Positions 34,294 through 42,707 of a stretch of 64,000 nt of DNA are shown one piece after another. This DNA is from Rhodothermales bacterium. GTDB taxonomy: Bacteria > Bacteroidota > Rhodothermia > Rhodothermales > Bin80. Position 1 is the first letter of the stretch; each line of letters opens with the position of its first letter. The position numbers were made by a program, and so were the translations under genes. Where the stretch lies: positions 3,708 to 67,707 of the forward strand of contig JANQES010000082.1 of NCBI GenBank assembly GCA_028278205.1, given 5' to 3'. The notes beneath the pieces were generated by a model, which was not told where the DNA came from, did no database searches, and saw only the letters and a program-made list of their open reading frames with translations.

Positions 34294-36657
34294 TTACTCA
34301 TACCGCAACGACTCCACCGGATCCGCCAGCGCTGCCTTCACAGCTTGATAACTCACCGTCACCAAAGCAATGGCGAGCGTCAGCGAGCCCACCATTAGAA
34401 ATATCCCCCAGGATATTTCTACACGGTAGGCAAAGCCGTCGAGCCAGCGGCTCATCGCGACGTAGGCCAGCGGCACGGCCAGCACGAAGGCCAGACCGAC
34501 GAGCCTGACGAACTCTCTGGAAAGCAGCACCACGAGGCCGCCGACGGTGGCGCCGAGCACCTTCCGTACGCCGATCTCTTTGGTTCGTTGCGCCGCGCTG
34601 AAGGCTGCCAATCCGAACAAACCCAGGCACGCGATGAAGATCGCCAAAAGCGCGAAATAGCCGACGAGTTGACCGGCGCGTTTCTCGGCCCGGTAGCGGC
34701 TGTCGAAGGCGTCGTCGAGGAAGTAATAATCGAACGGGAAGGCCGGGGTGAACTGCTGCCAGGTGCGCTCCAACGACGCCAGCGTCGCAGGCAGATCGTC
34801 CGCGCGCACGCGGATGGCGAGGTTCATCACAAACGGGCGCAGGTGCATCACCAGTGGCTCGATGGGGTGATGCAGCGATAGATAATGAAAATCTTCGACC
34901 ACCCCGACGACGACGCCCGGCTGCGCCCCATCGACCCGTTCGATGCGCTGGCCGACGGCGTCCTCCGGATCCATCCAGCCAAAAGCCTGCGCCGCCGTCT
35001 CGTTGATGAGATAGGCGTCGGTTTCATCGGTGACGATCTCGCGCGAGAAGCCGCGCCCCGCCGCCAGTTCGAGGCCAAAGGTCTTCGTAAAATCATGATC
35101 GACCCCGACGTCGCGCACGCTGACGGGATCCTCCCGGTCGCCGCCTTCGACCACGTAGCCGAAGCCGTTCATCAACTGCCCCGGCACCCGATGCGACCCG
35201 CTGACGGCGACGACCTGGGGATGCTGCATCAGAGCCTCTTTCAGTGTTTCGACCTGTGGCCGGAACGAGCGGTCAAGCATCGGCGCCACGACGATTTGCT
35301 CGTCGTCGACGTGCAGCGTGCGGCTTTGCATGAAGGCCAGTTGCTCATAAACGATGGCCGTGCCGGCGATCAACACCATCGAGACGGCAAACTGGAACAG
35401 CACCAGCCCTTTTCGAAGCATCGCGCCGCCGGTGGCCGGGGTCGCGGCGCCCTTCAACACCGTCACCGGGCGGAAGCGCGCCAGCACAAACGCCGGATAG
35501 CTCCCCGCCGCCACCCCCACGAAAAGCACCACGCCGATCAATCCCGCCAGCATCCCGCCGCTCACCACCGCATCCATCGTCAGGGCCTTGCCCGCGAGCG
35601 TGTTGAAGACCGGCAACGCCAGCCCGGCCAGGGCCACTGCCAGCGCGCCCGCCAGCACGCTCATCAACATCGACTCGCTCAAAAACTGCCGGATCAACTG
35701 CCCCCGGTGCGCCCCGACAACTTTCCGCAACCCCACCTCACGCGCGCGTTCCGCCGAGCGGGCCGTCGTCAGGTTGATGAAGTTGCTGCACGCAATCAAC
35801 AACACCGCCAGGCCGATAAGGGCGAAGATGTAGACGTAGGCGATGTCGCCGTTGGGCTCGGTTTCGAAGCGGAGTTTCGATTTGAGGTGGATGTCGGTGA
35901 GCGGTTGCAGCCGGAACGTCCGCCAGTCCCGAAATTCCTCGCCGCGATGCCGGACGATGAAGTCGGGGATCGCCGCTTCGAGCGCCTCTGCTGCACCGGG
36001 ATCCCTCAGCAGCAGGTAGGTGATGGCCGTCGGGTTGGTCCATGTCAGCGGCATCCCCCAGAATTCTTCATTGGCGTAGAGCGTGGAGAAAGACGCCAGG
36101 AAATCGAACCGGAAATGCGAGTTCGGCGGCGTGTCTTCGACGATGCCGGTGACGGTGTATTCGTGGATGTCGTCGTAGGTGATGATCTGCCCGATGGGGT
36201 CGGCGTCGCCGAAATATTTGGCGGCCGTCGTCTCGGTCAGGATCATCGAAAACGGCGCTGCCAGGGCCGTTTTTGGATCGCCGCGCAGCAGGCGGAAGCT
36301 GAAGACGGCGAAGAGATTAGAATCAGCGAAAAAAATGCGGCCTTCATAAAAACCCCGCTCGCCCACCGTCAGCAGCGGCGTAGACCAGAACATATGATGC
36401 AGCCGCACAGCCTGCTCGACCTCCGGAAACTCGGCCTGCATCACCGGGGCAAACGGCGCTCCCACCCGCGCCCGCTCCTCCACCAGCCGAACGATCCGTT
36501 CTGCGTTTTCGTGATACCGGTCGTAGCTCAGTTCATCCCGCACAAAGAGCGCGATCAACACACAACACGCCATCCCCACCGCCAACCCGGCCACGTTGAT
36601 ATACGCATGCCCCTTTTTAAAATTGCGGAGCGCAATTTTAAAATAGTTTTTCAGCAT
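34294..36657 (-). CDS. ABC transporter permease, duplicated FtsX / MacB-like, paralog 3
   Basis: 787 aa with the same architecture (MLKNYFKIALRNFKKGHAYINVAGLAVGM). Confidence 0.9.
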   Translation of the reverse strand: MLKNYFKIALRNFKKGHAYINVAGLAVGMACCVLIALFVRDELSYDRYHENAERIVRLVEERARVGAPFAPVMQAEFPEVEQAVRLHHMFWSTPLLTVGERGFYEGRIFFADSNLFAVFSFRLLRGDPKTALAAPFSMILTETTAAKYFGDADPIGQIITYDDIHEYTVTGIVEDTPPNSHFRFDFLASFSTLYANEEFWGMPLTWTNPTAITYLLLRDPGAAEALEAAIPDFIVRHRGEEFRDWRTFRLQPLTDIHLKSKLRFETEPNGDIAYVYIFALIGLAVLLIACSNFINLTTARSAERAREVGLRKVVGAHRGQLIRQFLSESMLMSVLAGALAVALAGLALPVFNTLAGKALTMDAVVSGGMLAGLIGVVLFVGVAAGSYPAFVLARFRPVTVLKGAATPATGGAMLRKGLVLFQFAVSMVLIAGTAIVYEQLAFMQSRTLHVDDEQIVVAPMLDRSFRPQVETLKEALMQHPQVVAVSGSHRVPGQLMNGFGYVVEGGDREDPVSVRDVGVDHDFTKTFGLELAAGRGFSREIVTDETDAYLINETAAQAFGWMDPEDAVGQRIERVDGAQPGVVVGVVEDFHYLSLHHPIEPLVMHLRPFVMNLAIRVRADDLPATLASLERTWQQFTPAFPFDYYFLDDAFDSRYRAEKRAGQLVGYFALLAIFIACLGLFGLAAFSAAQRTKEIGVRKVLGATVGGLVVLLSREFVRLVGLAFVLAVPLAYVAMSRWLDGFAYRVEISWGIFLMVGSLTLAIALVTVSYQAVKAALADPVESLRYE

Positions 36658-36705
36658 GGGTCTTTAGGGATCTTCGGCCGGATTGCCTTTGGGAGGATTG
36701 GCGCG

Positions 36706-36784
36706 GCTCGCTGGTCACTAGTTTTTCTCACCAGTGACCAGTGACAGCGAGCGCAGCGAGCGTAATGACCAGTGACCAGCGAGC
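36706..36784. repeat. CCAGTGA-word hairpin element
   Basis: gctcgctggtcactag ttttt ctcaccagtgaccagtgacagcgagcgcagcgagcgtaatgaccagtgaccagcgagc. Inverted homolog at 50036-50126. Confidence 0.8.
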
Positions 36785-36794
36785 CACAGGCGAG

Positions 36795-37490
36795 CTACGC
36801 GTGCGCATACTTGCGTTCGAGGAAATTTTCCGTGACGATGTGGCCGTCGAAAAGGTGGATGATGCGGTGGCTGTACTCGGCGTCGGCGGGCGAGTGCGTC
36901 ACCATCACGATGGCGGCGCCGGCCTCGTTCATCTCGGTCAACAGTTGCATCACCTCCTCGCCGTTGGTCGAGTCGAGGTTGCCCGTCGGCTCGTCGGCCA
37001 GGATCAGCTTGGGGCTGGCCACGACGGCGCGGGCTACGGCCACACGCTGCTGCTGCCCGCCCGAAAGCTGCTGCGGAAAGTGATCTTTGCGATGCATGAT
37101 GTTGACCCGTTCGAGCGTCTCCTCGACGCGCCGCACCCGCTCGGCAGAGGCCATGCCCAGATACAACAGCGGCAACTCGACGTTCTCGTAGACGGTCAAC
37201 TCGTCGATCAGGTTGAAGCTCTGGAAGACGAAGCCGATGTTGCCCTTGCGAAACTGCGCTCGCTGCCGCTCGGAATACCCGGCCACGTCATGACCGAGAA
37301 AATTATACGTTCCGCCGGACGGGTTGTCGAGCAGGCCGAGGATATTGAGCAGCGTCGATTTGCCGCAGCCCGACGGCCCCATCACCGAGACGAACTCGCC
37401 GGCCTCGATTTCGAGGTTAACATTGTTGAGCGCCGTCGTTTCGACCTCGTCAGTGCGATAGACTTTCTTGAGATGATCTGCCTTTATCAT
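36795..37490 (-). CDS. ABC transporter ATP-binding protein (MacB/LolD-type)
   Basis: Walker A GPSGCGKST, signature LSGGQQQRVA, Walker B ILADEPTGNLD. Confidence 0.93.
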   Translation of the reverse strand: MIKADHLKKVYRTDEVETTALNNVNLEIEAGEFVSVMGPSGCGKSTLLNILGLLDNPSGGTYNFLGHDVAGYSERQRAQFRKGNIGFVFQSFNLIDELTVYENVELPLLYLGMASAERVRRVEETLERVNIMHRKDHFPQQLSGGQQQRVAVARAVVASPKLILADEPTGNLDSTNGEEVMQLLTEMNEAGAAIVMVTHSPADAEYSHRIIHLFDGHIVTENFLERKYAHA

Positions 37491-37552
37491 GGCCGTTCCC
37501 TCCCGGTTTTGGTCCGTGGTTGCGGATAAGACGTTTGAGCCCGTGCAAAGGG

Positions 37553-38680
37553 TTACATCTGCGTCAATTCCCGGATGATGTCGCGCATGGCTTCGACGTA
37601 CTCCGCGTCGTAGCGCGAGAGGTCGTCGTCGTCATCATACCAGCGATGGCCGCTGCGGCGAAGCAGGCGACGGAGCGATACCTCCTCGTAGCGCCGGCCC
37701 CGCAGGTCTTCGACGAGCGCTCGATCCACGTCCAGCATCTTCATCGCGATCAGGCGCACCGGCGTCAGATTCGTCAACCCCAGATCGCGCATCTTGTCGA
37801 CGTAGCGCTGGTTGACGTTGTAAATCTTGAGCGCGATGGCGCGATCTGCCGAAAGATTGGTGAAGCCCAACGCCTTCATCTTGTCCATGAACCGCCTATC
37901 GACATCATGCACGCGCAGGGCGATGAGGTCGTTGGCGTCGAGATCGCGGAAGCCGAGGCTTTTCATCGCTTCGGCAAAATCCTCGTCGATGTCGTGAACG
38001 TGGAAGGCGATGGCCATGTCGGCGTCGAGGTTGGCGTAGCCCATGTCTTTCAAGGCGCGCATCGTGCGGGCACTGACGCCGTGGATGCGTAGGGCCATCA
38101 GCCGGTCGGGCGTCAGATCTTTGAAACCGAGGCTTTTCATCTCCTCGGCAAACCGCGCGTTGACGTTGTGGATGCTCAGCCCGATAGCTTCATCCACGTC
38201 CAGATCGTCGAAGCCCATCGCCCTCATCTCCTGGATGAAGCCGGCATCGACGTCGTGGATGCTCAGCGCGATCAACTGGTCGGGCGTCAGATCTTTGAAG
38301 CCGAGGCCCGCCATCTTTTCCGCAAACCGTTTGTTGATGTCGTGTACGCGCAGCGAGACGGCTTCGTCCGGCGTCAGATCGTCGAAGCCGAGGGCTTTCA
38401 TGTCTTCGACGAACCGGGCATTGACGCCGTGAATCCGCATGGCGATCAGGTTATCCACCGTCAAATCCTCAAAGCCGAGCGCGCGCATGTCGCGGATGAA
38501 TTCGGCATCGACGTCGTGGATTTTCATGGCGATCAGTTGATCGTCGCTGGGCACGTCGTCGGGCTTGCCGGAGCGGTCCTGCGCCACCGCGGCGGAGGCT
38601 GCCATCAGGCACACAAGCGTCAGCGCCACGAGGCGCAGGCCGCCACTCCGGCGGGGGGTGTTATTGGTAGATGTTTGCAT
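37553..38680 (-). CDS. Secreted protein made of about 10 tandem 29-aa repeats (unnamed repeat family)
   Basis: Signal peptide, then repeats of the form LIAMRIHGVNARFVEDMKALGFDDLTPDE. Same repeat as 41350-42534 and the C-terminus of 42708-45740. Confidence 0.8.
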   Translation of the reverse strand: MQTSTNNTPRRSGGLRLVALTLVCLMAASAAVAQDRSGKPDDVPSDDQLIAMKIHDVDAEFIRDMRALGFEDLTVDNLIAMRIHGVNARFVEDMKALGFDDLTPDEAVSLRVHDINKRFAEKMAGLGFKDLTPDQLIALSIHDVDAGFIQEMRAMGFDDLDVDEAIGLSIHNVNARFAEEMKSLGFKDLTPDRLMALRIHGVSARTMRALKDMGYANLDADMAIAFHVHDIDEDFAEAMKSLGFRDLDANDLIALRVHDVDRRFMDKMKALGFTNLSADRAIALKIYNVNQRYVDKMRDLGLTNLTPVRLIAMKMLDVDRALVEDLRGRRYEEVSLRRLLRRSGHRWYDDDDDLSRYDAEYVEAMRDIIRELTQM

Positions 38681-38695
38681 GATTTTGTTCGGTTA

Positions 38696-38784
38696 TTGCA
38701 ACCGCAGATGAACGCAGATGGACGCAGATAAGGCTGCGTTTTGCGCCAATTATCTGCGTTTATCCGCGTCCATCTGCGGTTGCA
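38696..38784. repeat. Near-perfect hairpin of GCAGATGRAC words abutting the permease 4 stop codon
   Basis: tgcaaccgcagatgaacgcagatggacgcagataagg ... ttatctgcgtttatccgcgtccatctgcggttgca. Confidence 0.85.
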
Positions 38785-41181
38785 TTATTCATACCGCAAC
38801 GCCTTCACCGGATCGCCCAACGCCGCCTTGACGGCCTGATACCCCACCGTCAAAAAAGCAATGGCGAGCGTCAGCGAGCCAGCCATTAGAAATATCCCCC
38901 AGGATATTTCTACGCGGTACGCGAAATCGTCGAGCCACCAATTCATGGCGAAATAAGCCACCGGCACGGCCACGACGAACGCCGCGAGCACCAGCCGCGT
39001 GACCTCCTTCGACAAGAGCAACACGATGCTCGCCGCCGACGCGCCGACGACTTTGCGAATGCCGATCTCCTTGGTCCGCTGTTCGGCGCTGAAGGCGGAC
39101 AGGCCGAACAGACCCAGGCATGCAATCACCACCGCCAGCAGCGCAAAGAGCGCGGCAAGCTGACCGGCTTTTTCCTCGGCCTCATACATCGCGGCGAGGT
39201 CTTCGTCGAGGAAGTAATATTCGAACGGCCAGCCGGGCGCCCAGGTTGTCCAGGTCTGCTCCAAAACGGCAAGCGTGGCCGCCGTCTCTTCCGGGCGGAT
39301 CCGCACCGAGACGTGCCCGAAGACCGACGGATACAGGTGCATCACCAGCGGCCCGACGGCCTGGTGGAGCGAGTTATAATGAAAATCCTTCACTACCCCG
39401 ATCACGCGGCCTTTTTTGACGGCGTCGCGGCTCCATTCATCCCACCAGATCTCCTGCCCGACGGCCTCGTCGAGCGACCAGCCCAGATCGCGCGCTGCCG
39501 TCTCGTTGAGGATGAACGCCGTGCTCGTGTCGGCGGGGAAAGCGCGCGAGAAGTCGCGCCCGGCTGCCAGTTCCATGCGGTAGGTGTAGAGATAGTCGTG
39601 ATCGACGGTGAAGACGTTCGTGGGCCAGGTGTTGTCGCTGCCGGGCATGCGAATGTCGTCGCCCGGCACGATGCCGCCGGGGGTGCCCCACGACGCCGTC
39701 GCCGAGACGATGCCGGGGTGACGCAGGAGTTCGGCCTTGACGGTTTCGAGGTTGTCGTCGATGTCGCCCCGGATGGGCAGGATCACCACCTGCTCTTTGT
39801 CGAAACCCAGCGTTTTGGTCTGGACGTAGTCGAGTTGCCGGAAGACCACCGCCGCGCCGATGATCAGAACGGTCGAAATAACAAATTGTGTGACGACGAG
39901 CCCCTTGCGCACCGCCGAAAGACCACCGCCGCCCGGCCTCCCCGCCGCGCCTTTCAACACCTCGATAGGCCGGAATGCCGATAAAAACAAAGCCGGATAG
40001 CTCCCTGCCAGCAATCCCACCATCAACCCGACCCCCACAAGCCCAACGACGAGCGACGGATCGAGCGACAACGCTTTGCCCGTGAACGTGTTGAACGCCG
40101 GCAACGCCAGCGCCACGAGCCCCGCCGCCAGCACCAGCGCGCCCATCACCAGCAACACCGACTCCCCCAAAAACTGGCGGACGAGTTGCCCGCGCTGCGC
40201 GCCGATGACTTTGCGCATCCCCACCTCACGCGCCCGCTGCGTCGAACGCGCCGTGGTCAGGTTCATAAAGTTGAAACAGGCGATCAACAGGATGAACAGG
40301 GCGATGATCGAAAAGGCGTAGACGTACGTGACGTTGCCCCGCATGCCGAAGTCGAACCGGAGGTTGGCCGAGCGGAGGTAGACGGCCGTGAGCGGCTGGA
40401 GGTACGTCCGATAATTGAACCCGCGCGTGCTCGTCTCCGGGTCGGCGTAGCGGGCGATGAAGGCGGGGAATTTGGCCTCAAGCTGCGCCGGATCGCGGCC
40501 TTCGGGCAGCAGGATGTAGGTGTAGAATTGTTGCCAGATCCAGTTTTGCAGCCGCGCCTCCGACGCAAAATCCTTCATCGTCGCAAACGACCCCAGAAAA
40601 TTGACGGCGATGTGCGACTGCGCCGGCAACTCCTCCATCACGCCGGTAATAGTGAACGTGTTGCGCCCCGAAAGCACGAGCGTCTGCCCCAGCGGATCAG
40701 CCTCGCCGAAATACTTGCGCGCCATCGATTGGCTGACGACCAGCGCGTAAGGCGCTACGAGCGCCGTCTGCGGATCGCCCTGGAGCAGCCGGAAGCTGAA
40801 AAGGTCGAAAACTGTCGAATCGGCTATCCAGACGTTGCGTTCGAAGAATTGCTGGTCGTCGCGCTCGACGAGTGTTTTTCCAAGATTGAAAAAACGCGCG
40901 GCCTGAAGCACTTCGGGAAACTCCCGCACCAGCGCCGGCCCCATCGCCGGCGGCGTGGCGGCCCGGTGCGTGGCGCTCCCATCAGCCAGCCGCTCGTTGA
41001 CGACGCGGTAGATCCGCCCGGCGTCGTCGTGAAAACGGTCGTAGCGTTGCTCATCCTGCACGAAGAGGAAGATCAACAGACAACACGCCAGGCCCACCGC
41101 CAACCCGGCCACATTAATCGCCGTATGCCCGCGATACCGCCGAAGATTGCGAAGCGCAATCTTCAAATAGTTTGTCCACAT
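38785..41181 (-). CDS. ABC transporter permease, duplicated FtsX / MacB-like, paralog 4
   Basis: 798 aa. MWTNYLKIALRNLRRYRGHTAINVAGLAVGL and the same architecture. Confidence 0.9.
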   Translation of the reverse strand: MWTNYLKIALRNLRRYRGHTAINVAGLAVGLACCLLIFLFVQDEQRYDRFHDDAGRIYRVVNERLADGSATHRAATPPAMGPALVREFPEVLQAARFFNLGKTLVERDDQQFFERNVWIADSTVFDLFSFRLLQGDPQTALVAPYALVVSQSMARKYFGEADPLGQTLVLSGRNTFTITGVMEELPAQSHIAVNFLGSFATMKDFASEARLQNWIWQQFYTYILLPEGRDPAQLEAKFPAFIARYADPETSTRGFNYRTYLQPLTAVYLRSANLRFDFGMRGNVTYVYAFSIIALFILLIACFNFMNLTTARSTQRAREVGMRKVIGAQRGQLVRQFLGESVLLVMGALVLAAGLVALALPAFNTFTGKALSLDPSLVVGLVGVGLMVGLLAGSYPALFLSAFRPIEVLKGAAGRPGGGGLSAVRKGLVVTQFVISTVLIIGAAVVFRQLDYVQTKTLGFDKEQVVILPIRGDIDDNLETVKAELLRHPGIVSATASWGTPGGIVPGDDIRMPGSDNTWPTNVFTVDHDYLYTYRMELAAGRDFSRAFPADTSTAFILNETAARDLGWSLDEAVGQEIWWDEWSRDAVKKGRVIGVVKDFHYNSLHQAVGPLVMHLYPSVFGHVSVRIRPEETAATLAVLEQTWTTWAPGWPFEYYFLDEDLAAMYEAEEKAGQLAALFALLAVVIACLGLFGLSAFSAEQRTKEIGIRKVVGASAASIVLLLSKEVTRLVLAAFVVAVPVAYFAMNWWLDDFAYRVEISWGIFLMAGSLTLAIAFLTVGYQAVKAALGDPVKALRYE

Positions 41182-41235
41182 AATTTTTCGGGTGAAAAAT
41201 TAAGGGTTGATCCCGGCTGCGCCGGGCTCGTGGCT
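41182..41235 (-). promoter_or_regulatory. Variant permease leader module
   Basis: aatttttcgggtgaaaaatt aagggttgatcccggctgcgccgggctc. Confidence 0.5.
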
Positions 41236-41349
41236 ACACCTCCTCTCCTTAATGCTGTTTTTTTAGCACCGAAGACGCATGACCCTGCCGGCTTGTTACA
41301 AACGAGGCAAAAAAAACCTTTTCGAAATTCGTCCCACGAATTTCGAATG

Positions 41350-42534
41350 TTAGTTATCCCGCATTGCCTTGACGAGGTCGGCGTCGATGCCGTGAATCTT
41401 CATCTCGATCAGCTTATCGACCGAGGGGCTGAAGCCGGCTTCTTTGATCTCGCGGACGTAGCCGATGCTGACGCCGTGGATGCGCATCTCGACGAGTTTG
41501 CGCAGCGGCACCTCGGTGTAGCCGAGATCAGCCAGATCGCGGATGTAGCTGGTTTTGACGCCGTGAATCCGCATCTCGACGAGCCGGTCGAGCGACGGGC
41601 GCGTGTAGCCGAGGGCTTCGATATCGCGGATGTAGCCGGCGGTGACGCCGTGGATGCGCATCGACGTCAGATCGTCGATCGAGGCGTTTTTGAAACCGAG
41701 ATCGGCGACGGCGGCCATGAAATCGGACGTGACGCCGTGAATCCGCATCGCCACCAACTCGTCGATGTCGAGGCGGCCATAGCCGAGGTCGCGCAGTTCC
41801 TGGATGAAAGCAGGCTTGACGCCGTGGATGCGCATCGCCACCAGATCGTCGGCGGCGATGTTGTCGTAGCCGAGGCCGTTGAGGGCGCGAACGAACTTGG
41901 GGCTGACGCCGTGGATGCGCATCGCCACGAGTTCATCCACCTCCAGGCCGGTGTAGCCGAGGCCTTGCATCTCGCGGATGAAATCGGGCGAGGCGTCGTG
42001 GATGCGCATCGCCAGGAGGTCGTCGAACGGCAAATCGGCATAGCCGAGGTCGCGCAATTCTTCGACGAATTCCGTCGTGACGTCGTGGATGGCGAGCGAG
42101 AACAGTTCGTCGGTCGTGAGGCTTCGGTAACCGAGTTGCCCCATCTTGCGCTCGTACTCGTCGCTCGACGTAAAGGTGAAGGTGCCGGAGCCGGTGTCGC
42201 CTTTAAAGCGGCCATCGAAGACAAAATCCCCGGCTTCGCGCGGCAGCGTAAACTGCACCTGCGAGTCGCCGCTATGACCGGGCGCAATCGAAAGGCCGTC
42301 GAGGTCTTTGATGGAGAGATAGACGCTGAAGCCGTGGCGCTCGCGGTCGGTCCGGGCGCGCATCGTGATCCAGAGCGACTCCGAGACATCGTGCCAGCGG
42401 TGCGTCCTAAACTCGCCGATCCAGGTGCCTTCGACGGTATCGACGGCGGCAGCCTGCGCCGTGCCGGAGGCGCCGAAGAGCATCCCGGCGCAGCACACAG
42501 CAGCCAGCATTGCAGTAATCGTCAGCTTTTTCAT
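41350..42534 (-). CDS. Secreted protein: ~130-aa N-terminal domain plus about 9 tandem 29-aa repeats
   Basis: Signal peptide MKKLTITAMLAAVCCAGMLFGASGTAQA. Repeats such as LVAMRIHGVSPKFVRALNGLGYDNIAADD. Confidence 0.8.
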   Translation of the reverse strand: MKKLTITAMLAAVCCAGMLFGASGTAQAAAVDTVEGTWIGEFRTHRWHDVSESLWITMRARTDRERHGFSVYLSIKDLDGLSIAPGHSGDSQVQFTLPREAGDFVFDGRFKGDTGSGTFTFTSSDEYERKMGQLGYRSLTTDELFSLAIHDVTTEFVEELRDLGYADLPFDDLLAMRIHDASPDFIREMQGLGYTGLEVDELVAMRIHGVSPKFVRALNGLGYDNIAADDLVAMRIHGVKPAFIQELRDLGYGRLDIDELVAMRIHGVTSDFMAAVADLGFKNASIDDLTSMRIHGVTAGYIRDIEALGYTRPSLDRLVEMRIHGVKTSYIRDLADLGYTEVPLRKLVEMRIHGVSIGYVREIKEAGFSPSVDKLIEMKIHGIDADLVKAMRDN

Positions 42535-42567
42535 GGCGATTTGCCTTCGGGGTGAGGGCGCGTTTCA

Positions 42568-42674
42568 GGGCAAATGGCAAATTGCAAATAGGCAAATATG
42601 CAAATGGCAAATTGGCAAATGCTGGTCTAATTGCAATTTGCTCATTTGCATATTTGCATATTTGCTCATTTGCC
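42568..42674. repeat. Long hairpin with GCAAAT-word arms
   Basis: gggcaaatggcaaattgcaaataggcaaatatgcaaatggcaaattggcaaatgc / ttgcaatttgctcatttgcatatttgcatatttgctcatttgcc. Confidence 0.8.
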
Positions 42675-42707
42675 TGGCGCCTAAAGGGTGAATACGAGAA
42701 AAGGGGC

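Noticed and set aside
34885-36744. 619-aa plus-strand ORF. Similar long plus-strand ORFs lie at 30422-31672, 32171-33061, 40186-42555 and 42552-43400.
   Set aside because: All are antisense to the FtsX permeases or repeat proteins. They are Arg/His/Gln-rich, and 42552-43400 merely mirrors the 29-aa repeat periodicity of the opposite strand.
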